Source: Minisyncoccota bacterium (GTDB lineage: Bacteria; Patescibacteriota; Minisyncoccia; Phycocordibacterales; JABAAK01). From it: a stretch of 64,000 nt of DNA. The position numbers and the translations under genes were made by a program. Position 1 is the stretch's first letter. Each line of letters starts with the position of its first letter. The notes beneath the pieces were generated by a model. It made no database searches. It had not been told where the DNA came from and saw only the letters and a list, made by a program, of their open reading frames with translations. This document shows, piece by piece, positions 1 to 10,469 of the stretch. The stretch is from positions 466,026 to 530,025 of the forward strand of contig OY282360.1 in NCBI GenBank assembly GCA_958295675.1, read 5' to 3'.

Positions 1-1178
1 CTAACAGCATATTCACGCATGAGCGGATCAGTAATACAGGCAATAAGGGGTATGAGATCTTCACGAACGCCGCGAAGTAAATCTTCATTGCTGTCTCCGT
101 GAGTTTCAGCGATATATTGAATCATGAACTGTACAACCGGAGATGCTTCTTTCAGGGCTTTTCGGAACACAGAAACATCATGAGCAATGGTATCAGCAGG
201 ATCAGAACCTTCCGGAAGAATAACTGTTTTGATATCCATGCCGAGAGAAAGAGCCATGCCGATAACACGAATAGTTGCCCGCATACCAGCTGCATCACTG
301 TCAAACGCTATAATCAAACGATTGGACAATCTCTGCAACTGCAGAATATGCTCTATAGTAACCGCGGTTCCGGAAGCGGCGACAGCAACCGGAAATCCCG
401 CCTGATGCACCATAACAGTATCTATCGGACCCTCAGTAAGAATAGAAAAATTACTCTTTCGTATATGCTGTTTTGCGATATGCAGCCCGTATAGAAAGAC
501 AGATTTACTAAAAAGAGGCGATTCGGGTGAATTTATATACTTTGCGCCGGTTTTTGTGCCATATTCCCGACCGGAAAAAGCGATAACACGCTTTTGCGCG
601 TCATAAAACGGAAACATGATTCTACTCCGAAATCGATCATACACATTCTTGTCTTTCTGTATACATAAACCTGAATCCACATAATCTGTGAGACGGGGCG
701 TTTTTGAATCGCACAGTGTATGCCAAGCGTCGGGAGCGTAACCAATCCCCCATACCTGTATTGACTCTTCGGTAATACCGCGGGACATAAGATATTTTTT
801 CACGGCATCAGTAAGATTATTCCGATACGCCTCGGTTGCCGATTCTAATATATGATAAAGAGGTGATTTAACATTCTCTTGGGAATGTGTCGCGTCAATC
901 TGTATACCGGCACGGTCGGCAAGAAACGCAAGCGCGCCTTTAAAATCAACACCCTCCATCTCCTCAACAAAAGAAAATATATCGCCTCCTTTTTGTGAAG
1001 AAAAGCAATAATAAAAACCATTATCGGAGTCAACAAAAAAAGAAGGCGTTTTTTCGTTCGTAAAAGGAGATAATCCTTTCATACGCTTTCCTGCAGGCAC
1101 CAAGGAAGTATATTGCGAAACGAGATCTACAATGTCAACTGAGTCCTTAATCGCCTGTTTCACAGCATTATAATCCAT
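1..1178 (-). CDS. dnaG: DNA primase DnaG (partial; C-terminus runs off the window start)
   Basis: Minus-strand ATG at 1178 gives MDYNAVKQAIKDSVDIVDLV... Manual translation continues without stops to position 1. It contains GLSPFTNEKTPSFFVDSDNGFYYCFSS (zinc-ribbon-like), ...ATEAYRNNLTDAVKKYLMSRGITEESIQVWGIGYAPDAWH..., YDRFRSRIMFPFYD, KYINSPESPLFSKSVFLYGLH and the Toprim motif IIAFDSDAAGMRAT. It is absent from the ORF track because no stop lies inside the window. Confidence 0.75.
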   Translation of the reverse strand, partial: MDYNAVKQAIKDSVDIVDLVSQYTSLVPAGKRMKGLSPFTNEKTPSFFVDSDNGFYYCFSSQKGGDIFSFVEEMEGVDFKGALAFLADRAGIQIDATHSQENVKSPLYHILESATEAYRNNLTDAVKKYLMSRGITEESIQVWGIGYAPDAWHTLCDSKTPRLTDYVDSGLCIQKDKNVYDRFRSRIMFPFYDAQKRVIAFSGREYGTKTGAKYINSPESPLFSKSVFLYGLHIAKQHIRKSNFSILTEGPIDTVMVHQAGFPVAVAASGTAVTIEHILQLQRLSNRLIIAFDSDAAGMRATIRVIGMALSLGMDIKTVILPEGSDPADTIAHDVSVFRKALKEASPVVQFMIQYIAETHGDSNEDLLRGVREDLIPLIACITDPLMREYAV

Positions 1179-1212
1179 TACGACTATTGTACCGCAATTC
1201 CGCAAAAAACCA

Positions 1213-4200
1213 TTACTCCTCAGTTGGAGCAGGAGCAGATACTTCTTCTTCTTTTTCTGCAAGACGCCGCGCTATATCATCCCGAACCTCTTTTATAACA
1301 TTAAATTTCTTACTGCCCTCGTAACCACTACCGATAGGAACTAACCTGCCGATAATAACATTTTCCTTAACACCGTCTAAGGTATCCTTCGCGCCGTTAA
1401 TTGATGCTCGAATAAGAACACTGGTAGTATTTTGGAACGATGCGGCGGAAAGAAAGTTATTTCGCGATACTGACACACTCGTAATGCCGGAAACAACATC
1501 CTTGGCCTGTATAAGTTTCTTACCTTCGCTTTCAAGAGTTTCATTGGTTTCAAACAGATCACTCAGTTCAATAGACTCACCGGTGGTGTAGGTGGCATCA
1601 CCGGGGTCAGTGATCAGCATTTGACTGAACATCTGGCGAATAATGATCTCAAAATGAACAGGAGCAACATGAATACCCTGCAACTCGTACACATTAGATA
1701 TTTCACTGAAAATATACTCCTGGGTCACCTCCTTACTGGTGTAAGTGAGCAACTCCTGCAAATCAGCTGACCCGTCCGTGAGAAATTGCCCTTTTTTGAC
1801 TGTATCGCCAACCTTAACCTCAATAAAACGACCCGATGGGATAGTATAGTTCTTTTCAGAAGAGGTGGCTTTTTCATTGCCGACATTAAGATATATTGTA
1901 TGACTGCCGTCAGGATGCGGTTCAATCTTCTCAACAGTACCGTTCGCATGAGATATGGCAGCGGGTGCTTTCGGTACGCGTCGCTCAAAGATTTCTGTTA
2001 CCCTCGGCAACCCTGCCGTAATATCACCTCCAACCGAAACAACTCCTCCCGCATGGCGGGTATTCATAGTAAGCTGGGTACCGGGTTCACCGACCGACTG
2101 TGCCGCTATCGTTCCCACAGGTTCACCGATATCCACAACTTCATTTGTTGTTCTGTCTTCACCGTAACACTTCGCGCATACACCGCGTGCATATCGACAA
2201 GAAACCGGAGATCTGACCTTGATTGAATCAACACTGTCATCCTTATCAATCTTTCCGGCAATCTCAAAGTCTATATACTGATTTTTCTTGGCAATAACCG
2301 TTCCGTCACCGCCGGCAATCTCTTCAACTAAAAATCTGCCCTGTATACGGTCACAAAACGGCGCACCGACACCCGATGCTGTTTTTCTATACAAACGGAA
2401 ACCTTGCGTTGTTCCGCAATTATTTCCTTCAATCTTTAACTCCTGAGCGACGCTGAATAACTTTCTTGAAAGAAATCCCGCGTCAGCTGTTTTCAGCGCC
2501 GTATCCGCAAGACCCTTTCTGGCACCGAACGATGCGTTAAAATACTCAATCGGCGACATACCGTCTTTCATAGATGAAATAACCGGCTGTTCAATCGGAT
2601 CACCGGATGCCGATTCAACAACACCGAACATGGTTGTCATCTCACCCAAATCGTCAAATGAACCGCGTGCGCCTGACTCAATCATGTTTCCTATGGAAGA
2701 ATCCACGGGTATAGTATCACGCACTTCCTTGGTGAGACCGGCTTTAATATCCTGCCATAACAATATATTTTTTCGCTTTCGCTCTGCGAACGATATATAT
2801 CCCTCCTCATACTCGGACATAATTCTTTTTGACTCAGCATACCCTTCCTGTATTTTTTGATCACGATCCTTCGGCACCTTCAGATCAGACCAAGCAAATG
2901 TGATGCCTGATTTAGATGCGTATCGAAAACCGAAGTTCTTTATAGCATCAAGATGCCGGACCAATATTTCTTTGCCGTAAGTATTGATGATATCCTGTAT
3001 AACGGCATTCATGGCTTTTTTAGTGATAGTTTCGTTAACAAAAGGATATTCTCTCGGCAGTTGTACATTGAAAAGAAGGCGACCGACTGTTGTTTCAAAC
3101 ATTTTACCTCTATGCTCCGCATACTTTGGTTTGTCAGAGGCGAGAACTTTGATCTTTGTGCGCAAATCAATAATCCCGAAATCATACGCTGTGATCGCCT
3201 CACTGACACTGCCGAAATAACGCTCTTCGCCTTTTTCACTTTCAGCAATCATAGTCGCCCAATAACAACCGAGTAAAATATCCTGTGTTGCGGGCGATAC
3301 ATTGATAGATCCGGATGCGGGTGTGATGATGTTCTTTAACGAAATCATAATTTCTCGCGCTTCGGTCTGCGCCTCCTCAGAAAGAGGAAGATGCACCACC
3401 ATCGCATCTCCGTCAAAATCCGCGTTGTAGGCAGAGCAGACAAGCGGATGTAATTCCATTGCCAAACCTTCAATAAGAATAGGTTTAAATGCCATGATAC
3501 TCTGGCGGTGCAGTGTCGGTGCTCTGTTTAAGAGCATATACTTACCGGCAATAACTTTTTCAAGCATTTCCCACACAATAGGTGCCTCGGTATCAATAAG
3601 TCGCTGCGCGCCGCGCACATTGTACGCCAGTTCCCGTTCAAGCGCTTCGCCAATAACAAAGGGTCTGAAGATTTCCAGTGCCATTTTCTTAGGCAGACCA
3701 AACTCATCCAACTGTAAATGCGGACCGGCGACAATAACAGTTCTGCCGGTAAAATCAACTCGCTTACCGAGCAAACTAGTTCTGAAATATCCTGTTTTTC
3801 CGCCAAGATATTCAGAAATTGGTTTCAGCTGCTTTCCCTGTCCTCTGCTAGCTGCCGCTCCGCCTCTTCCGACACTCGTTTTTTCAAATAACGCATCAAC
3901 TGCTTCCTGAAGCAGGCGTTTCTCAGTATTGATAAAAATCTGCGGTGTCTTTGTCGCGATGAAATCCTTTAGGCGATTATTCCTGATAATGACAGTACGA
4001 TATAAATCATTCAAATCGGAACTCGCCGGCTGACCGCCCGCGAGCAGCAGAACAGGGCGAATACCCGGAGGAACAATCGGAAGCCGTGTGAGAAACATCC
4101 ACTCCGGACGATTGCCGGATTGAATGAACGACCGAATGAGAAGCAGTTGTTTTTGCAATTTTTCCTGCTGCATCTTGCTCGCGACATCCAGTTCTCCGAG

Positions 4201-4908
4201 TATCTCTTTCTCTTTCTTTTTAAGATCAAAATTTTTCAGCAGATTGTAAACGACCTCCCCGCCTTTTTCTGCCTTAAACAATCCGGGAAACTGCTTGCTT
4301 AACCGTTCGTACTTCACTTCTTCAATAATGGTGTCCTCTTGTATGTGCTCAAGATCATTGATACGATCAGCATGCAATGCCGTCAGCATGATGCGGGTTT
4401 CCTCCTGTGTCGCCTTCTTTATTTTCTCATCAAACTCTTTTTTCACATCTTGTTTTATTTTCTTTCTTTTTGTCTCATCAACACGCGTAATATAATATGA
4501 AGAGAAATAAACAACATTCTGCAATTGCTGTGTCGGCAGACCGAGCAAAGTTGCGACCCGGGAAGGAATTTTCCGCAAAAACCAAAAATGTGCGATCGGC
4601 ACGGCAAGATCAATATGACCCATGCGTTCCCTGCGAACAAGTGCGCGTGTTACCTCAACACCGCAATTCGCGCACTCTATACCCTGATATTGCATCCCTT
4701 TATACTTTCCGCAACTGCATTGAAAATCGTTTTCCGGTCCGAATATTTTCTCACAAAACAAACCATCCCGTTCCGGCCGTTGTGTGCGGTAATTAATGGT
4801 CTCCGGTTTTGTCACCTCGCCAAATGACCATTCCAAAATCTCATCAGGCGATGCGAGATGTATATTGAGAGAATCAAATCGCTGTGTTTTTTTAATTATT
4901 TTTTTCAT
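1213..4908 (-). CDS. rpoC: DNA-directed RNA polymerase subunit beta' (RpoC), 1231 aa
   Basis: Full-length ORF with the beta' zinc-binding CxxC motifs and the NADFDGD active site (AYNADFDGDAM). Confidence 0.97.
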   Translation of the reverse strand: MKKIIKKTQRFDSLNIHLASPDEILEWSFGEVTKPETINYRTQRPERDGLFCEKIFGPENDFQCSCGKYKGMQYQGIECANCGVEVTRALVRRERMGHIDLAVPIAHFWFLRKIPSRVATLLGLPTQQLQNVVYFSSYYITRVDETKRKKIKQDVKKEFDEKIKKATQEETRIMLTALHADRINDLEHIQEDTIIEEVKYERLSKQFPGLFKAEKGGEVVYNLLKNFDLKKKEKEILGELDVASKMQQEKLQKQLLLIRSFIQSGNRPEWMFLTRLPIVPPGIRPVLLLAGGQPASSDLNDLYRTVIIRNNRLKDFIATKTPQIFINTEKRLLQEAVDALFEKTSVGRGGAAASRGQGKQLKPISEYLGGKTGYFRTSLLGKRVDFTGRTVIVAGPHLQLDEFGLPKKMALEIFRPFVIGEALERELAYNVRGAQRLIDTEAPIVWEMLEKVIAGKYMLLNRAPTLHRQSIMAFKPILIEGLAMELHPLVCSAYNADFDGDAMVVHLPLSEEAQTEAREIMISLKNIITPASGSINVSPATQDILLGCYWATMIAESEKGEERYFGSVSEAITAYDFGIIDLRTKIKVLASDKPKYAEHRGKMFETTVGRLLFNVQLPREYPFVNETITKKAMNAVIQDIINTYGKEILVRHLDAIKNFGFRYASKSGITFAWSDLKVPKDRDQKIQEGYAESKRIMSEYEEGYISFAERKRKNILLWQDIKAGLTKEVRDTIPVDSSIGNMIESGARGSFDDLGEMTTMFGVVESASGDPIEQPVISSMKDGMSPIEYFNASFGARKGLADTALKTADAGFLSRKLFSVAQELKIEGNNCGTTQGFRLYRKTASGVGAPFCDRIQGRFLVEEIAGGDGTVIAKKNQYIDFEIAGKIDKDDSVDSIKVRSPVSCRYARGVCAKCYGEDRTTNEVVDIGEPVGTIAAQSVGEPGTQLTMNTRHAGGVVSVGGDITAGLPRVTEIFERRVPKAPAAISHANGTVEKIEPHPDGSHTIYLNVGNEKATSSEKNYTIPSGRFIEVKVGDTVKKGQFLTDGSADLQELLTYTSKEVTQEYIFSEISNVYELQGIHVAPVHFEIIIRQMFSQMLITDPGDATYTTGESIELSDLFETNETLESEGKKLIQAKDVVSGITSVSVSRNNFLSAASFQNTTSVLIRASINGAKDTLDGVKENVIIGRLVPIGSGYEGSKKFNVIKEVRDDIARRLAEKEEEVSAPAPTEE

Positions 4909-4917
4909 ACTGTTATA

Positions 4918-7900
4918 TTATCCTGTTACCTTAGTGCGCTTCCGATCACGCCGCGGAACCTCATCCGACTGATCCCGATCGGGTACATTCATAGTCACAT
5001 CCAAACCGAGGCCGCGCAGGTGGTATAAAAGCACATTAAATGTCGCGGGAATACCGGTTTGAACAATTGGTTCATTATGTATTATTGCTTTATACGCTAT
5101 ATTACGACCGTGCATATCATCGGATTTAATAGTGAGCATTTCACGCAGAATATACGCGGCTCCATGACCGAGCAATGCCCATACCTCCATTTCTCCCAAC
5201 CGGTTGCCGCCGAAACGCGCTCGTCCGCCGGGCGGTTGCTGAGTAATCAACGAATAACGACCGGTTGAACGGGCGTGCACTTTATCCTGCACCATGTGTT
5301 CAAGTTTCATAACATACATCCAGCCAATCGCCACATCGCCGGCGAACCGGTCACCGGTCTTGCCGTCAAACAGTTCAACGCAACCGGTATTCGGAAAACC
5401 GGCTTTTTGTAATTCTTCCTGTACCTCTCCTTCGGTCACCGATGTCATGGGCGGCACAATCGCCTGATAATTCAACGCATGCGCCGCAAGTCCGAGATGC
5501 ATTTCCAAAATTTGACCGAGGTTCTTTCTGGACGGCACACCGAGCGAAGAGAAAATCACATCGACCATTTCACCGTCCTTAGTAAACGGCATATCTTCAA
5601 TCGGCGCGACACGGGATACCACACCCTTGTTTCCATACCGATTCGCCAGTTTATCTCCGACCTGAATACGCCGCAAATCAGCAATAACAATGCGTATCTG
5701 ATTCAGAACACCGACATCCACGCCATATCCACTCTCACGATTCCGTATTGACACCGAAACTACCTTCCCTTTCTCACCGGGAGGAAGTGTTTTTGAGGTG
5801 TCCCGCATATCTTTTGCCTTATCACCAAAAATTGACTGCAAAAGTCGCTCTTCGGCTGACAATTGTATTTCACCGCGCGGTGTCAGCTTACCGACAAGGA
5901 TATCGCCGGGCAATACTTCAGAACCGACACGAACCACGCCTTCAGCATCAAGATTCCGCAATTTCTGATCAGAAACATTCGGTATATCCGCAGTCATAAC
6001 ATCAGGGCCGAGTTTGGTCTGACGTGCTTCCACAACATGCTCTTTTACCTGAGTAGAGGTAAGAACATTATCGCGTACAAGGCGTTCAGATATAATAATA
6101 GAATCCTCAAATGTCCCTCCGTCATACGGTAAAAATGCCACGCGAAGGTTCTTACCGAAAGCAATCTGTCCGTTGGTGGTGGATGCTGTATCAGCTATAA
6201 CATCACCCTTTTTCACCGTATCACCAGGGGACACAGCCGTCCGCTGATGATTCGCGAAAGTATATGCGGATCCCGCCAATGTAAAAACCTCAAGATCATG
6301 CCGCTTAATTTCTTTATTCGTTTTGATACTGATATGATTCGCGTCAGCTTCAACAACTTCCCCATCTTCATCGGCAAGCACCAAACGCCCGGAAGCGCGG
6401 GCAAATTCTTTCCCGTAACCGGTGGATACTAACGGTGCCTCCGGTCGCAAACAAGGAATTGCCTGCAGTTGCATGCGTGTGCCTGTTGCCGCGCGCATCG
6501 GCAGTGTGTTCTGCACGAACGGTATCAATACCGATGAAATAGAAAGAATCTGCCCTGTTGCAACATCCACATAATCAACTTCCTGCGGACTTACCCGCGC
6601 ATATTGTCCCTGATCACGCACTAACACAATATCCTGCATAATTTCATTTTTATCGTTCACGGTAACATGCGCACCGGCAATCCGATACTGTTCTTCTTCG
6701 GATGCGGTAAAGTACGCAACTTCATCAGTTATCTTCCCATTCACTACTTTGAAATATGGACATTCCAATAAACCGTATTTATTAATCCTCGCATACAGCG
6801 TGAGATGCAGGATAAGTCCGATGTTCGCGCCATCAGGAGAATGCAGCGGACAAATGCGTCCATAATGGGTCTGGTGTATGTCGCGAATTGAAATACCGGC
6901 ATGCTCACGGCTCACACCCCCGGTGCCAAGCGCGGATATTGTTCGTAGATGTTCCAAGTTAGTCAGAATGTTCTGCTGTTTTAAGGGTTGCGACAATTGG
7001 TTAGTATTAAAAAAACCGTGAATAGTTGATTGGAATGTGCGCATATACAGCACATTGGTCGGTAATTCAAACATCTTCGGATCCGTGGTCAGCATCTTAT
7101 CCCGCGTATTCTTACGCATACGAACAAATCCTGTTCGCGCGTATTCATACACCAATTCACCGACAGAACGCACACGCCGCAGACCGAGGTGATCAATATC
7201 ATCACCAATTGCGTCAGGTGTATGATTCAAACGCACGATTTCCTTAACAATCAACACAATGTCTTCAAGTGTTAGAATTCTATTTTTAACCGCCTCCGCA
7301 TCGGTGGGCAAACCGAAACGCTTGTTGAAACTGACCCGACCCAACTCGCTCATATCATACCACTCGGGTGAAAACCGCGTCTGCACCATTTGCTTTGCCC
7401 GCTCCGCGCTGACACCGCCGCTGGCACGAAGAATTTTGTAAAATGAAGTCCAAACATCATCCATGATATTCGCATCATCAACCGCAAATGTTTTTTTAAC
7501 ACACTCAAGTGTCCTCGGATCATCTTCAAAAAGCTGAAAAACTGCCTCTTTCGTCTCAGGACCGAATGCGCGAAGAAACAGAGTCACGGGCATTTTCCGG
7601 TTTCCCTGGTCAACACGGACAAAAATCCGACCGTTAGCATCGCTCTCAAAAGCAATCCAAAGTCCTCGCCCTTTCTGCGGTATCACCTGCGCGCCGAATG
7701 TGCGGACTCTTCCGCGCATTTCCGCAAAAAAACGAACACCCTGAGCGCGCACTAATTGCGATACCACGGTTCGTTCAATGCCATTAATGATAAAAGAATA
7801 TTGCGGAGTCATAATCGGTATATCACCGAAAAGCAATTCTTCCTCTTTAGTCGCGCCGACAACTTTATTTTCCAATGCCAACATTACCCGAAACGGAGCA

Positions 7901-8148
7901 GTGTAACTTATAAACTTATCTTTCGCCTCCTGCACTGTCATCCGCGGTTCTTCAAGTTTGGAAGAAAGAAAATTGATAGAAAACCGTTCATTTGAATCAA
8001 TAATAGGGAAAAATTCATCAAACAAACCGGGAAGGTCTTCCTTTAAAAATGTGTCATACGATTCTTTTTGAAATGACAAAATATCCCCCAACGGCAATGT
8101 GGATGCCTTGTACCCTGAAAATGTTTTTTGTGTCCGTTCTGATTGCAT
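4918..8148 (-). CDS. rpoB: DNA-directed RNA polymerase subunit beta (RpoB), 1076 aa
   Basis: Full-length ORF immediately upstream of rpoC. It has conserved RpoB blocks (GEMEVWAL, NRYGNKGVVS). Confidence 0.97.
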   Translation of the reverse strand: MQSERTQKTFSGYKASTLPLGDILSFQKESYDTFLKEDLPGLFDEFFPIIDSNERFSINFLSSKLEEPRMTVQEAKDKFISYTAPFRVMLALENKVVGATKEEELLFGDIPIMTPQYSFIINGIERTVVSQLVRAQGVRFFAEMRGRVRTFGAQVIPQKGRGLWIAFESDANGRIFVRVDQGNRKMPVTLFLRAFGPETKEAVFQLFEDDPRTLECVKKTFAVDDANIMDDVWTSFYKILRASGGVSAERAKQMVQTRFSPEWYDMSELGRVSFNKRFGLPTDAEAVKNRILTLEDIVLIVKEIVRLNHTPDAIGDDIDHLGLRRVRSVGELVYEYARTGFVRMRKNTRDKMLTTDPKMFELPTNVLYMRTFQSTIHGFFNTNQLSQPLKQQNILTNLEHLRTISALGTGGVSREHAGISIRDIHQTHYGRICPLHSPDGANIGLILHLTLYARINKYGLLECPYFKVVNGKITDEVAYFTASEEEQYRIAGAHVTVNDKNEIMQDIVLVRDQGQYARVSPQEVDYVDVATGQILSISSVLIPFVQNTLPMRAATGTRMQLQAIPCLRPEAPLVSTGYGKEFARASGRLVLADEDGEVVEADANHISIKTNKEIKRHDLEVFTLAGSAYTFANHQRTAVSPGDTVKKGDVIADTASTTNGQIAFGKNLRVAFLPYDGGTFEDSIIISERLVRDNVLTSTQVKEHVVEARQTKLGPDVMTADIPNVSDQKLRNLDAEGVVRVGSEVLPGDILVGKLTPRGEIQLSAEERLLQSIFGDKAKDMRDTSKTLPPGEKGKVVSVSIRNRESGYGVDVGVLNQIRIVIADLRRIQVGDKLANRYGNKGVVSRVAPIEDMPFTKDGEMVDVIFSSLGVPSRKNLGQILEMHLGLAAHALNYQAIVPPMTSVTEGEVQEELQKAGFPNTGCVELFDGKTGDRFAGDVAIGWMYVMKLEHMVQDKVHARSTGRYSLITQQPPGGRARFGGNRLGEMEVWALLGHGAAYILREMLTIKSDDMHGRNIAYKAIIHNEPIVQTGIPATFNVLLYHLRGLGLDVTMNVPDRDQSDEVPRRDRKRTKVTG

Positions 8149-8340
8149 TCTGTATGATTATCAATCGACAAAATACTCGGCACACAATACTAAAACGGAC
8201 CCATTGAAAAAACCACCAATGTGCTTCGTTAAAAAGCACCATAGCAAAAATACATTCTTTTTGTCAATACCAAAAAATCACTATAATGTGGATAACTACA
8301 TACTCACTCCTTGACAATCCTACACATTTAACTAAATATA

Positions 8341-8380
8341 AAAAGGATAAAAAATCCCACCAGTGTTTCTACTGGTGGGA
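8341..8380 (-). terminator. Rho-independent terminator hairpin (cccaccagtgtttctactggtggg) with U-tract on minus strand
   Basis: Perfect inverted repeat followed (on minus strand) by a T-run. This is copy 1 of 4 of the same element, one downstream of each LRV gene. Confidence 0.6.
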
Positions 8381-8425
8381 TGGGTTGAGAAACACTCTTA
8401 CAACGAAAAAGAGTGTGCCGGCAAC

Positions 8426-9016
8426 TTATTCTATTTCCCTGTGAACACGAATTTGGGATGGTGTGCGGTCGTGGGCAGTAACCACCAGCCGAACATCCGT
8501 ATCCATATCCGTCGCCAGGGCGGCGAGAACGTCCGGTGGTGTACGGCTGTTGGCAGCAACTGCCATTCGAACACCCGTATCCGTATCTGTCGCCAGGTCA
8601 GCGAGAATGTCTGGTGATGTGCGGTCGTTGTGAACAAGCACAAACCGAACATCCGCATTCGCATCCGTCGCCAGGTCAGCGAGAACGTCCGGTGGTGTGC
8701 GGTCGTGGGCAGCAACCGCAAACCGTACACGCCAATCCTCATCCGCCGCCATAGTAGCGAGAACATCCGGTGGTGTGCGGTCGTGGGTAGCAACCGCTTC
8801 CCGCACCCGCCAATCCTCATCCGTCGCCAGGTCAGTGAGAACCTCCGATGGTATGTAGTCGTTGTGAACAACCACCAACCGAACATCCGCATTCGCATCC
8901 GTCGCCAGTTCAGCGAGAATGTCCGGTAGTGTGCTGTGGTTGACTTTCTGTTCGGTACATCCCGAAACGCCCAACAGAATGAGTACGAATGCACTCAGAA
9001 GTGTGAATGCTTTCAT
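8426..9016 (-). CDS. LRV (leucine-rich repeat variant / HEAT-like) repeat lipoprotein
   Basis: The true start is placed at an internal ATG (9016) giving MKAFTLLSAFVLILLGVSGC (lipobox). Tandem ~23-aa repeats follow, LA.LA.D.D..VR..V..H....P..VL (LRV, PF01816-like). The upstream part of ORF 8426..9244 is read-through of the intergenic region. Confidence 0.7.
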   Translation of the reverse strand: MKAFTLLSAFVLILLGVSGCTEQKVNHSTLPDILAELATDANADVRLVVVHNDYIPSEVLTDLATDEDWRVREAVATHDRTPPDVLATMAADEDWRVRFAVAAHDRTPPDVLADLATDANADVRFVLVHNDRTSPDILADLATDTDTGVRMAVAANSRTPPDVLAALATDMDTDVRLVVTAHDRTPSQIRVHREIE

Positions 9017-9159
9017 GTGACCTCCTGTGGTCTCCGTTGTGAAAGGGCAAAAAGCAATCTGCCACCTAACATATAGTATGCATATATCAGTATAATATGT
9101 CAATAATTCTACCAAAAAATACACTTTTTTCAATATGTTTTGTTGTTTGGTGCGTACTA

Positions 9160-9192
9160 TAAAAAATCCCACCAGCGTTTCCACTGGTGGGA
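9160..9192 (-). terminator. Rho-independent terminator (cccaccagcgtttccactggtggg), copy 2
   Basis: Same hairpin as 8356-8379 and a poly-A on the plus strand (poly-U on minus). It is downstream of the LRV gene 9241..10230. Confidence 0.6.
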
Positions 9193-9240
9193 TAAGTGAG
9201 AGAATGCTCCTCGTTGGAGAAGACAAAGAAGATATACTGC

Positions 9241-10230
9241 TCAATCCCTACCTTCTTCCCGCCAATTGGGATTTTTGGCAACCGCTCTACAAACTTCGAA
9301 TCTGGAATCTTCTAACATCTTTTTGAGGAGATGTAACGGTGTGCTACCGTTATCAGCAACCTTCTCTCGCACCTGCCAATCTGCATCCTCTGCCAATGTG
9401 GCGAGGAGTGCCGGTGGTGTGCTTTCGTTAGAAGCAAGCGCAAACCGCACCCGCCGATCCGAATCCTGTACCAGTTCAGTGAGGACTGACAGCGGTATGT
9501 TTGTGCTATCCTTTTCAGCAACCGCTGCTCGCACCCGCCAATGTGAATCCTTTGCTAGTTTGACGAGAACTGCCGATGATGTGTTGTTGTTTTCAGCAGC
9601 CGCAAGCCGCATCCACACATCCGTATTCTTTGCCAGTTTGACAAGAGCTGCCGGTGATATGTTATTGTTTTCAGCAGCCGCAAGCTGCACCCACAGATGT
9701 GCATCCTGTGCCAATGTGGCGAGAACTGCCGATGGTGTGTTGTTGTTTTCAGCAACTGCTTCCCGCACCTGCCAATGCGTATCCTTTGCTAGTTTGGCGA
9801 GGAGTGCCGGTGGTGTGTTGCCAATGGAAGCAATCATCGCCCGAACACGTTCATTCACATCCTTCGCCATGTCAGCAAGGACCGCCGGCGGTGTGTTGAT
9901 GTGGCGAGCAACCGTAAGCCGCACCACCACATCCGGATTCTCTGCCAGTTTGACAAGAGCTGCCGGTGATATGTTATTGTTTTCAGCAGCCATAAGCTGC
10001 ACCCACGGATGTGCATCCTGTGCCAATGTGGCGAGAACTGCTGGCGGTGTGCTACCGTTGGAAGCAACCGCCGCTCGCACCTGCCAATCCGGATCTCTTG
10101 CCAGTTCAACGAGGACTTCCGGTGGTGTGATGCTGTTACCGGCAACTCTTTCCCGTATCTGCCAATCCACATCTCTTGCCATTTCAGCAAGGGTTTTCAG
10201 TGTTCTTTCATTCAGAGTGTCTGCCTTCAT
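9241..10230 (-). CDS. LRV/HEAT-like repeat protein (no signal peptide)
   Basis: The true start is placed at ATG 10230 (MKADTLNERTLKTLAEMARDVDWQIRERVAGNSITPPEVL...). The Cys-rich N-terminal 200 aa of ORF 9241..10839 is out-of-context read-through across the terminator/promoter region. About 13 LRV repeats. Confidence 0.65.
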   Translation of the reverse strand: MKADTLNERTLKTLAEMARDVDWQIRERVAGNSITPPEVLVELARDPDWQVRAAVASNGSTPPAVLATLAQDAHPWVQLMAAENNNISPAALVKLAENPDVVVRLTVARHINTPPAVLADMAKDVNERVRAMIASIGNTPPALLAKLAKDTHWQVREAVAENNNTPSAVLATLAQDAHLWVQLAAAENNNISPAALVKLAKNTDVWMRLAAAENNNTSSAVLVKLAKDSHWRVRAAVAEKDSTNIPLSVLTELVQDSDRRVRFALASNESTPPALLATLAEDADWQVREKVADNGSTPLHLLKKMLEDSRFEVCRAVAKNPNWREEGRD

Positions 10231-10380
10231 CGTCGCACAATCCTTTTGTTGTGAAAGAGCAGTGAGGAGGTGACAACACCACCTAATATACAGTATGTAC
10301 ATATTAGTGCAATACATCAAGTATCCCCTACAGGAGTACATCTGTTTTTTAATATATTTTGTAGTTTGGTGTATGAAGTA

Positions 10381-10424
10381 AAAAAGAGTAAAAAATATCC
10401 CACCAGCGTTTCCACTGGTGGGAT
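10381..10424 (-). terminator. Rho-independent terminator (cccaccagcgtttccactggtggg), copy 3
   Basis: Identical hairpin and A/T-tract. Downstream of the LRV gene 10470..12053. Confidence 0.6.
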
Positions 10425-10469
10425 GAGTTGAGAGGTGATTCCTCTTGAGCGAATGGAATGGATGAGCAG

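Noticed and set aside
99-1036. ORFs 99..494(+), 187..405(+), 533..745(-) and 845..1036(-) at the window start
   Set aside because: They lie within or out of frame with the dnaG coding sequence (minus strand, 1178 down to <1). dnaG was missed by the ORF track only because it has no stop inside the window.
8262-8290. Plus-strand TTGTCA...TATAAT-like promoter between rpoB and the first LRV gene
   Set aside because: The spacing is short (15 nt), and it would drive transcription antisense into the LRV gene, so it is probably fortuitous AT-rich sequence. The rpoB promoter must lie on the minus strand here and was not confidently located.
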